DNA of 64,000 nt, from positions 1 through 64,000 of IMG/VR virus record IMGVR_UViG_3300027963_000035, one strand, 5' to 3'. A program made the translations under genes and the position numbers. Positions 19,888-28,143 of this stretch are shown one piece after another. The notes below the pieces were generated by a model. That model was not told the DNA's origin. It searched no databases and saw only the letters and a program-made list of their open reading frames with translations. Numbering within the stretch: position 1 is the stretch's first letter; the number at the start of each line of letters is the position of its first letter.

Positions 19888-22800
19888 TAGCAGTCGCTCC
19901 CCGTTTCTATATACCATCCAGGACCACCTTGTCCCTGTTCCCAGGAGAAGTGGTTGTTTATCATATAGTTGATTGCATCTTGTACGTCGCATCCGTAGGT
20001 TACCGCTTGGATATAATTCTTACTCCCACCGGCAGTGCTGTCACCCAGAGACTCAAAGAATTTTATCCATGCGGTAGTGTCCATGTTGTTTTCAGGATTA
20101 TCCCCGTAGTAGTTTATTATTCTGAATTTTGCCTTTCCATTGTATCCCGCCCATGTTCCGAAGCCATAGGCCAAAACCGACTCTAGGGACGGGGTCCCGC
20201 CATTGTTTGAAATGTCTATGTAGCTCAGGTTTCTCAGTCCGCTTACGTTCACGCTCGTTATGTTTGGCCCCGATATACCCAGGGTTTCGAGTGACTTCAG
20301 GCTAAGTACATCTAGTACATCTAGCTCTGTGTTTTGAATGTCTAGTTCAGCTATTCTGTTCATTCCTCTGAGGCTTCCAACTTCCGTGATGAAGTTCAGG
20401 GCTTGGTAGGTAACGAACGATGTTATTCGTTCCCAAGTAGGATTCCCATCCATACTACATGGTTGAATGGTTATGTTTCGAAAACCCGTCATTTCAAATT
20501 GATTTATTATGTAGCTCAAATCTACATAAGGTGTGGACTCTATGGTTGATATGTCTCCATTAATTTTTACATATGAGCATCCACCCACTATGAACGTCTT
20601 GTACCCCGTATGGTCTGCGTTCACCGTGAGGCTCAGTATGTCGGGGTAGCAGTCCCCGGTGGTGTTGCATATTATCCTTCCCTCGACCCTCGTCCCGCTC
20701 TCTCCGACTCCGTGGTTCAAGCCAAGAAGATCTCCCCATGTTGTGGCAGTCACGTTGTACTGGGTCATTCCGCTTTCGCCGTTGAGCGTCAGGTCGTTAA
20801 GGACGAGGAAGTCTCCAAGGGTTGAATTCCCGTAGAGGGCGCAGCCACCAACGTAGAAGTCCGACCTCAGGTTGGGCGGATCATATCCGTCGATCGGACG
20901 ATACTGGCCTTCGCTCCACCCCTCCCAATCAGGTGATCCGTAAGTGTTATACAGCCAGTCTGAATTAAGCCCCGGGCTGTAGCTCATGTTGCCGTGGGAG
21001 TTGTCGTAGAAATACACATCGCCAGGGCATGCTACGCTTCCCAGCGTTGAATTGTCGTGGCAATATATTTTGCCTTCTATGAGTGGAGGCTTGAATGTAT
21101 TTGTTAGGATCACGTCGTCGTATAGGTGGACGTCACCCAGGAAAGTGCCCGCACCGCCAACAATGCCCGTGCCGTATATTTTTGTTTTTCCGTTTATGGT
21201 TCCAAAATAATAAGTTCCATTGTTTCCATCATAAGCGTAGTTTGCTGCGGAGGTTAAAATGGCGTCCCCGTTTATGGTTCCGCCATTTTGACCTCCATCC
21301 ATATATATATCGCCCGTTACTGTGCCAATATTCCATGAACTATAGAATTCGGCATTTCCTCCGATATTTCCCGAGTTGTTTCCATATTGGAACGCTGCAT
21401 TCCCTGTGACGTTCATTGTAGAGTTGAAATTACTGAAGATTGCGTTACCGTTGACGGTTCCTCCGCCGCTTTGCTCGTAAAAAATTGCGTTTCCGTTTAT
21501 TGTTGGTGACCCGCCGCTGACTGACCCCGCAAAGCCACATATTAAGCTGCCATTTACGGTCATCGATCCTACGAGCCTGTATTTTGTAATTAAGTTACCG
21601 TGAACTAAAGAGTTAAATGGCAAATTTCCGTAGTCTGATGCATCTGTGACGTATGTGTTGCCATACAATGTGCAATTAGAAAATCCTGAGTATTCTATTC
21701 CGGAAGAACCGCCGCAGTAAGAGATTATTCCGTTTGTGGCGTGTATGGTGGAGTTGCTGAACAACGTACTTAATCCTGAATCCCCGTTAGACGTCAGTAT
21801 AAGCTTCCTTACTGTAATGTTGACTCCGCTGATTGAGGCATTTTGTGCATAGACTATATCTTTTTCCCCGGGTAGCGATGTGCTCTGCACAGTATGCTCC
21901 TCATCAACCCACCAGTTATTAAGGTTGGTCCAACTGTTGTCGTTGGCGATGTTGTTGAAGTAGAGCGTCCTTGAATCCAAGGATGGGTGGTCTTCAACAA
22001 TCACGGAAAGTGCTTCTGTTGGTGGGAGGAATTCGCCACTGTATACGGCTCTTCCCTTTATGACTCTGAACTCCTTGAGGTATCCGTACAAATAAAAGGC
22101 CCCCATTCCGTCCTCTTCCCAGGCTCCTATCCTCAGCATGTTGGATCTTCCAAGGTCCGCTGAGACCCCGGTGAGCTGGAAGACCCTTTCTCCGTTAACG
22201 AATATGTTGAATTCCCCGCCCTTCCTTGTCATTGCGATGTGAGCTTCCTGGTCGATGGGAATGTTTTCATCCGGATACCAGTTGTATGTTTCTCCGTTTA
22301 TCACCAGGCTTTCTGCTCCATAAGTCCTGAGCTTTATTTTCCCGCCCAGGTTGAATATTGTTCCTATGGTGCCCCAGCCGTCGTATGGGATGTAGATTTT
22401 CGACTCTATTGTGAAGTCTCCCCTTCCGAATCCGAAGTCCTTTTCGTCCTTAGTCTCAAGGTAGCTTCCATTCCCGTCGAAGAAGCACTTAGATTCCTTG
22501 ATCCTTGTATTTCCCTTGACTTTTATATGCTTGTTTTCAATGGAGCAATCGGTGAATATTGTGCTGTTTTCCCTGCCGTCCATGTGCAGGAGCAATGAGA
22601 CCTTTTCCGTCTTGCTCAGTCCTAGTATGTTTCCGCCGCCTAGTCCCTTTGCTTTGCCTGAGCAGGTGGTTTCTGATGAGTTTATGTAAACCACATCAGA
22701 GTCTATTAAACTTATTGATGCCGAATTTACTGCGCCGGCCTTGCAGTCCGTTAGCACGGTCGATCCGCCACTTATTTCTCCGATTTCAACGGTTTTATTG

Positions 22801-23099
22801 CTTATTATGCTTATTTTGTGTGGAGCCCCTATTATCCCTCCCAAAATGCTTGATTGACTGTCTACCCCACGAACAGCAATCCTTGAGGGCCAATCGTAGC
22901 CATCCAGGCCCATACTTGCGATATCCACCCCGAGGAAATCGCCCGCACCAAAATCAAGCACCTTGAGTCCCGTCCCTGCATAGGCCACTTCGAATGCCTT
23001 CTGTGCTGTCAAGTATGGATTTCCACTGCTCCCGTCTCCTGTGGAGTCGTTGCCTGTGGTTCTTACGTATATCGGTGTGTATTGCTCTAGGTTTGCCAT
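19887..23099 (-). CDS. Tail fibre/adhesin: LamG domain, beta-helix repeats and leucine-rich-repeat C-terminus
   Basis: SLLLHMDG...HIAMTR...GYLKEFRVIKG (LamG), GNAIF/GNAEF repeats and LxxLxI LRR-like repeats. Confidence 0.8.
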   Translation of the reverse strand: MANLEQYTPIYVRTTGNDSTGDGSSGNPYLTAQKAFEVAYAGTGLKVLDFGAGDFLGVDIASMGLDGYDWPSRIAVRGVDSQSSILGGIIGAPHKISIISNKTVEIGEISGGSTVLTDCKAGAVNSASISLIDSDVVYINSSETTCSGKAKGLGGGNILGLSKTEKVSLLLHMDGRENSTIFTDCSIENKHIKVKGNTRIKESKCFFDGNGSYLETKDEKDFGFGRGDFTIESKIYIPYDGWGTIGTIFNLGGKIKLRTYGAESLVINGETYNWYPDENIPIDQEAHIAMTRKGGEFNIFVNGERVFQLTGVSADLGRSNMLRIGAWEEDGMGAFYLYGYLKEFRVIKGRAVYSGEFLPPTEALSVIVEDHPSLDSRTLYFNNIANDNSWTNLNNWWVDEEHTVQSTSLPGEKDIVYAQNASISGVNITVRKLILTSNGDSGLSTLFSNSTIHATNGIISYCGGSSGIEYSGFSNCTLYGNTYVTDASDYGNLPFNSLVHGNLITKYRLVGSMTVNGSLICGFAGSVSGGSPTINGNAIFYEQSGGGTVNGNAIFSNFNSTMNVTGNAAFQYGNNSGNIGGNAEFYSSWNIGTVTGDIYMDGGQNGGTINGDAILTSAANYAYDGNNGTYYFGTINGKTKIYGTGIVGGAGTFLGDVHLYDDVILTNTFKPPLIEGKIYCHDNSTLGSVACPGDVYFYDNSHGNMSYSPGLNSDWLYNTYGSPDWEGWSEGQYRPIDGYDPPNLRSDFYVGGCALYGNSTLGDFLVLNDLTLNGESGMTQYNVTATTWGDLLGLNHGVGESGTRVEGRIICNTTGDCYPDILSLTVNADHTGYKTFIVGGCSYVKINGDISTIESTPYVDLSYIINQFEMTGFRNITIQPCSMDGNPTWERITSFVTYQALNFITEVGSLRGMNRIAELDIQNTELDVLDVLSLKSLETLGISGPNITSVNVSGLRNLSYIDISNNGGTPSLESVLAYGFGTWAGYNGKAKFRIINYYGDNPENNMDTTAWIKFFESLGDSTAGGSKNYIQAVTYGCDVQDAINYMINNHFSWEQGQGGPGWYIETGSDC

Positions 23100-23109
23100 T
23101 TTTTTTACT

Positions 23110-23382
23110 TTATTTGGTTGGTTCTACGTATAGCTTTGCGAGTTCTTTTGCTGGTTTGCTACCGAGCAGTTCGAGGTATCTGGCCTCCGCTTGCTCCTGT
23201 GTGTAGTTTCCTATGGCGTCGTAAGACGCCCCTTCCCACAAGGTCAATGTCTTGTAGAAACGGGAGGATTGCGCCTTGCATACTTTGGTTTTTTGAATGT
23301 CAATTACCACAAGGGGCAGCTCGCTCACATTTATTTTCTTTCCTTTTACTTGCACTTCTAGTGGCGGGTCGAATTTGATCAT
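23110..23382 (-). CDS. Small tail-fibre-associated protein
   Basis: Paralogue of 18890..19180; directly follows a fibre gene. Confidence 0.7.
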   Translation of the reverse strand: MIKFDPPLEVQVKGKKINVSELPLVVIDIQKTKVCKAQSSRFYKTLTLWEGASYDAIGNYTQEQAEARYLELLGSKPAKELAKLYVEPTK

Positions 23383-23394
23383 GTTTTGTCCTTT

Positions 23395-26202
23395 TTATCC
23401 GAGGAATCCTGGTCCGTTTATTGCCTGTTTATTTGTGTATGTTTTTATTAATCCTTCTGTGCCGTATTCACCTGCCCTGGTGTCGATGTTTGATATTGTG
23501 CTGTCTATTGCCATGGCGTGGCCCCCATGACCCCCACCCGCTATAGGCCCGGCTAAATCCATCAAGTTTATTTCGCTGTTTATTATTGTTGCCTTTCCTC
23601 CAATTCCGCCCTTCTGATCTTCGGCAAACCAGTCACCGTGCGGAAGGCCTCCTTTAGATTCTATTTCTTCCACCACACTATCCAATATAAATATTGTTCC
23701 TCCATGTCTTCCAAAACCACTATTCTCGCTCGACAACGGCCTTCCCCCGTTTGAATATATTGTGTTGATATTGCATCCTAATATGATGGCATCTCCCCCA
23801 TCCCCTGCAGGATCTCCTCCTTGACCTGGATTTAGATTGATTTCTTTTATTGTGGAATTTATGCCGGTGAATACACCTCCACGTCCGTTTCCCGTCCAGT
23901 ATGGCTCAGAGGCCGCACCATCACCTCCCGTTAAACTAATGGCCGACACAAGTGCGTTGTTTAACCTTATTTCTCCTCCATTGCCCGCTCCTAAAGTGGC
24001 ATCTGAATCGCCCCCGTTTGAATTTATGTTTAATATGCTAACTTCTCCGTATGTTAATATATCGATATTTCTTCCATTGGTTGATGTTGTTATTGCCACA
24101 TCTTCGTCGTAGTCCCATACTGCGTCCCGTCCATTGAAAATTATATTGCCCATGGCTGAAGCCGGTTTAAATTTGGCCGGCAGTTTCCATGTCCCAACAA
24201 GTTCAGATGGACCGTATTGGTTATTTGTAGGATATACGCTTATATTGTTGGGCCCCGATGTAAAAGTTAAGTACGCCAGACCTTTTTTGGATGTGCTCCC
24301 TTCGGCCCACTCTACAATGTAGACTCCTTGCAAACTAGTATTTGAGAATGCATTCGAATTGTTAAGTAAAAATTTATTCTCTAGATTGGTGGCCCCAATA
24401 AAACGTATTCCGCCACCTCCTACATTCGGAGTTCCATCTGTTGCGAATCCATCCGAGAGCAAGTTTGCGCCTCCCAATTCGGTGGCATATTGAAGATCTT
24501 CTTCTGATATTATTACTTCTTTCCATGGCGATCCATCTGCGTTGGCATTATTTCCTCTTAACGCTATATTGTTTGGCCACTCTGTGGCTTCCCCGTGATT
24601 TCTGCCTGGTCCAGCGTCTGCGATCCAGACATCGTCTTGGGGATACAAGGCCTTAACATCTATCAGATAATTCTTGGGAGTGTCAAAATTCCACAGAAAG
24701 CTGGCTGTGTGTAATCCTACCGTGGATCCAAAATCATCCGGGGAACTGGGCGTGAACGTACTTGTGTAGACTGCGGCTTCGTTGAATATTCTTATTCCGC
24801 TTATGTATCCGTCAAAAAAATCGCCATTATCGTAATCGTAGCCTATATCTAATCCGCATTCATAGTCGAAGTATTCGACGTCGACTCCTCCATGAACCCC
24901 AAAAGCATATCCTCCAGTAAAATTATATGTTGATTCTAAATTTCCATTTAAGTATATCTTAAACACTCCTCCATTTGCAACCATTGCAAAATGAGTCCAT
25001 TCATTTAACTCTATGTTGGAGAAGGTATTTCCTACTGAGGAGGCTACACCGGCGTTCGTCCTAGAAACAGAAATTACATTATTAGTGCCATATGCTGACA
25101 ACCCCAAAGAATCTCTTGTGCAGATATTTACCTTCCATAATGGATGAGTTTGTGAATTAGATCCTTGATTAAACAAGTTGCTCAGAAGTGTGTAGCTTCC
25201 ACTTGTTTCGCTTTTCATATAGAACCAAAATTCCACAGTAAAAGTTTCCTGTATGTTTGCTCCTTGCACAGGAAGAACATTTAAGTAATCTGTTGATCCA
25301 TTGAAACTAGCACATTTTACCCCGTCTACGGTTGTTAATTTTGGAACCAAATGATACGCAGTCACAAATCCCTTTTGAATTGTGTTATATGGACTTTGTG
25401 GTGTGGATATGTCATTATTGTTATTTCCACTATTTGAGTCTACGTATATCACTCCATCATAATTTTTCGAATAATCATTGAAAACTGTGTTTTCTGATAT
25501 TGTTCCCGTGTTATACGAATAGTCGTTGAAAACTGTGTTTTCTGGTGTTGTTCCTGTGTTATATGAATAATTGTTGAAAATCACATTTAATGTTGTTGCG
25601 CATTCGTCGCCGCAATATTGTATTAAATTTTGTTCATTGGTTGAATGATCATTGAATACAATCGAACCAATATAAATACCTCCATAATTACGACTATAAT
25701 CATTGAATGTGATATGGGCAAGGTAGAGACCCGCTGACAACCTGCTATGATCATTGAATACGACCTCTGTGTCCCATTCGTCTCCATCATTTAATGTTGA
25801 TTCTGCAAGTGAATAGTCATTGAATGTGACTTTTCCATGAATATAAAAATCGCCTGCGATAGAATAATCATTGAAGACTGCATTCCCGGTTATGGTGGGG
25901 AGAAGGCCTGCGGTCGGGGACGCAGCATAACTATGATTATTGAAGGTCGCAGTTCCAAGAACAATCACCGACGTTTGAAAAGGTTTATAGGCCCCGCTGG
26001 GCTCTTTTTCCGAGTTGTTTGTCAGATTGTTGACAGTGGGCGCACTTCCTGAATTACTTGTCAGCCGTTCGTATATTTCAACATCATCACTGCTTGTTGG
26101 AAGCTGGGTTGCGGGGGTAGAGAAAGAATCATCAAGCCACCAGTTTCCCAGCGTTGACCAGTCTTCGTTTCCAACGGCGTTGTTATAATAAAGAGTTGCC
26201 AT
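23395..26202 (-). CDS. Tail fibre/adhesin: beta-helix (FNDYS repeats), LamG domain and Gly-rich C-terminus
   Basis: Start reassigned to MATLYYNN (26202), just after the upstream gene. It has FNDxSxN repeats and FTVEFWF...WTHFA...DGYISGIRI (LamG). Confidence 0.8.
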   Translation of the reverse strand: MATLYYNNAVGNEDWSTLGNWWLDDSFSTPATQLPTSSDDVEIYERLTSNSGSAPTVNNLTNNSEKEPSGAYKPFQTSVIVLGTATFNNHSYAASPTAGLLPTITGNAVFNDYSIAGDFYIHGKVTFNDYSLAESTLNDGDEWDTEVVFNDHSRLSAGLYLAHITFNDYSRNYGGIYIGSIVFNDHSTNEQNLIQYCGDECATTLNVIFNNYSYNTGTTPENTVFNDYSYNTGTISENTVFNDYSKNYDGVIYVDSNSGNNNNDISTPQSPYNTIQKGFVTAYHLVPKLTTVDGVKCASFNGSTDYLNVLPVQGANIQETFTVEFWFYMKSETSGSYTLLSNLFNQGSNSQTHPLWKVNICTRDSLGLSAYGTNNVISVSRTNAGVASSVGNTFSNIELNEWTHFAMVANGGVFKIYLNGNLESTYNFTGGYAFGVHGGVDVEYFDYECGLDIGYDYDNGDFFDGYISGIRIFNEAAVYTSTFTPSSPDDFGSTVGLHTASFLWNFDTPKNYLIDVKALYPQDDVWIADAGPGRNHGEATEWPNNIALRGNNANADGSPWKEVIISEEDLQYATELGGANLLSDGFATDGTPNVGGGGIRFIGATNLENKFLLNNSNAFSNTSLQGVYIVEWAEGSTSKKGLAYLTFTSGPNNISVYPTNNQYGPSELVGTWKLPAKFKPASAMGNIIFNGRDAVWDYDEDVAITTSTNGRNIDILTYGEVSILNINSNGGDSDATLGAGNGGEIRLNNALVSAISLTGGDGAASEPYWTGNGRGGVFTGINSTIKEINLNPGQGGDPAGDGGDAIILGCNINTIYSNGGRPLSSENSGFGRHGGTIFILDSVVEEIESKGGLPHGDWFAEDQKGGIGGKATIINSEINLMDLAGPIAGGGHGGHAMAIDSTISNIDTRAGEYGTEGLIKTYTNKQAINGPGFLG

Positions 26203-26209
26203 AAAATAA

Positions 26210-26665
26210 TTAGTATCCCGGGATAAAGGCCACAACGTCCCACTTGTCTCTGCCGGCATGATAAGTGGCCGCAAACAGATCGGTCTTTCCTGTGACTTCG
26301 CTAACCGGAAGAGGATCTGTTGCTCCGTCTGGTAGTGCGAATTTATTGCCTAATGTTAGTGTATATCCCGCATCTATCCAATTCATTCTTATCTTGATGG
26401 TTTTTCCGTCGACGGCACTGCCCGTCCAGGTAGGGTTGCTTATCGTCACGTTGTTGTCCACATCTACGTCGAATATGTCGCCGGAACTGGCGTTTATTGA
26501 TATCGATGTGTCAGTGCCTAGGTCTACCACTGTAGGCTTATAGAGAGATGCAATATCTCCTAATTTTATTTTTTCTGTTAGTGTTCCTGCGGCATTTGTT
26601 GCTGGCACAACTGCATCTTTATTTGCTGAGCCCAATGGTAATTCTGATATTTTTATATCTGCCAT
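26210..26665 (-). CDS. Tail/fibre-associated structural protein
   Basis: 151 aa with an MADIKISELP N-terminus typical of phage fibre proteins and an AAGGA Shine-Dalgarno. Confidence 0.65.
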   Translation of the reverse strand: MADIKISELPLGSANKDAVVPATNAAGTLTEKIKLGDIASLYKPTVVDLGTDTSISINASSGDIFDVDVDNNVTISNPTWTGSAVDGKTIKIRMNWIDAGYTLTLGNKFALPDGATDPLPVSEVTGKTDLFAATYHAGRDKWDVVAFIPGY

Positions 26666-26874
26666 TTTAATTCCTTTTTATTAAATAACATATATATCTA
26701 TACATAATTAAGGAAAATATGTTCAGTAATCTAAAATTAGAACCCACGGCGATGGAGACCCAGCTTCAACGTTAACAACTACGGTGAAGACTGTGATTTG
26801 CCCCAGAACCGCTGATTTTTTTTAAAAACTTTAAATAAAAAAAAGAAAAGTGCAAAATTACCCGTAAAAATAGG

Positions 26875-26933
26875 CTCAAAAAAATTTTTGGATAGGGGCT
26901 TGCGAGGGTTCAAGGAGTCGCTATACTGAGCCC
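26875..26933 (+). promoter_or_regulatory. Sigma70-type promoter resembling rrn P1
   Basis: A/T tract (UP-like) at about 26877-26889, -35 TTGCGA 26900-26905, 16-bp spacer, -10 TATACT 26922-26927 and GC-rich discriminator GAGCCC. Confidence 0.7.
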
Positions 26934-26941
26934 ATCAACGA

Positions 26942-26984
26942 CGTCGGAAACGATGAGTTGAAGAAAAAACTTGCTCTTTGACAA
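26942..26984 (+). promoter_or_regulatory. boxB-like GNRA hairpin plus boxA (TGCTCTTTGACA) antitermination leader
   Basis: cgtcg-GAAA-cgatg at 26942-26955. TGCTCTTTGACA at 26972-26983 matches the E. coli rrn boxA TGCTCTTTAACA at 11 of 12 positions. Confidence 0.7.
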
Positions 26985-27801
26985 TTTGAAACAAAGTCCT
27001 TGCTAACACTGAAAGGTGTTGGCGAAAAAATTAAGCCACAAGGACAATCGATGGAAACTGAAAAGTTTCCACGATCTCAAAAGCCTAATCCGTAAAAAGA
27101 AGGGCTGGGATATTACTAGTTTGCTGCAAAGCAAAAAGAGGTAGTATACGATAAAGAAGAAACCTTGAACTAAAAAATCAAGGGGGATTTTTGTCGGAAC
27201 TTTGTGGTGGGCTTCGGTAAGAGGATGTTTGACTTGTATAAATTTAAAAATTAGAAATAATTTTTAAAGACAAGAAGTCAGAACTAACGACGTTGAGGAA
27301 TTTGGGAACGCATTAGTCTTGAGAAAGACTATCCCACTGAAATCAAATGTAGCGGTCCTCTTAGTATCACGGGATAAGTTAAGGAGACAGGCAGTGTCTT
27401 TAACAACCCCTCTATTTTATTATGGAGCAACCGTGGCGACGGTGAATAGTGATATTGAGTCTGGGTGCTGAAAAGCAAAAACAACCCTAGAAACGACGTG
27501 GTGGCTCAAACACGTTAAACAAATGAGAGTGTTGTGGTGAATGTTCGGTACGAGTAAATCCAGATACTGCTAGATCAACCACTAAAGGGGTCACTGGTAA
27601 CAGGTGATATTTTGTGGGTAGTTTAGCTTTAAAAGAAATATGAGTGGCGAACGGACTACGACTGTCACATATAGGTAAAACGGTGGATGAAAAACATCCA
27701 ATGGTAGAGGAGACCTATAAGAACTGCTGTTAAAGTGACGGACTATTTTATGCGATTCATTCCTCTGTATATGAGTGGATCGTAAACTTCTTCTATCTAC
27801 T

Positions 27802-27843
27802 AAAGCCGGTTGAAACTAGAAATGGTTTCAACCGGCTTTTTTT
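27802..27843 (+). terminator. Rho-independent terminator ending the ncRNA
   Basis: 15-bp perfect stem aaagccggttgaaac / gtttcaaccggcttt followed by a T run. Confidence 0.92.
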
Positions 27844-27867
27844 GTTTATATTTTACTATTTTAGTTT

Positions 27868-28080
27868 GTGGAAGAGTATTTTTACATAAGAAGTGTTTTA
27901 AAATATTGGAACTTGGAATATCCATATACTCCAATGGGCAATGTATTAGATATCAATAAAGATATAAAATCATTAATAAAAAATTGCTATAGTTTAAATT
28001 GGACTCCACAAAGGTGTTGTTCAAGAATATATGAGATGTTCTTTTCTTCGGGAAGTCTCACCCTTAAAAAAGATGAATAA
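27868..28080 (+). CDS. Hypothetical protein (70 aa)
   Basis: ORF fills the gap between the terminator and the next gene. Confidence 0.45.
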   Translation: MEEYFYIRSVLKYWNLEYPYTPMGNVLDINKDIKSLIKNCYSLNWTPQRCCSRIYEMFFSSGSLTLKKDE

Positions 28081-28143
28081 AACTTAAAATTCAACATATT
28101 GTATTATATAAGGTATATAAGGTATATACAATAAAGGATCAAT

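Larger units (their letters stand above)
26934..27843 (+). ncRNA. Large (~910 nt) highly structured non-coding RNA; GOLLD/ROOL-like giant ornate RNA candidate
   Basis: No ORF of 60 aa or more. More than ten hairpins, many closed by GNRA loops, plus nested long-range helices. Bounded by a promoter and an intrinsic terminator. The family is not confirmed. Confidence 0.82.

Noticed and set aside
25480-25570. Near-identical DNA repeats in fibre 23395..26202 as DGR template/variable repeats
   Set aside because: They are adjacent in-frame beta-helix repeats (ENTVFNDYS). There is no reverse transcriptase in the window and no adenine-specific mismatch pattern.
26719-26775. 18-codon mini-ORF (MFSNLKLEPTAMETQLQR) with an AAGGA Shine-Dalgarno upstream of the ncRNA promoter
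   Set aside because: Too short to support without conservation or ribosome data, and no attenuator structure was evident.
26934-27843. The structured RNA as rRNA, tmRNA, RNase P, or a group I/II intron
   Set aside because: I could not find 16S/23S universal sequences, a tRNA-like acceptor/T arm with tag ORF, the RNase P P4 motif, or intron boundaries with flanking exons. It has its own promoter and terminator. A covariance search is still needed to exclude these formally.
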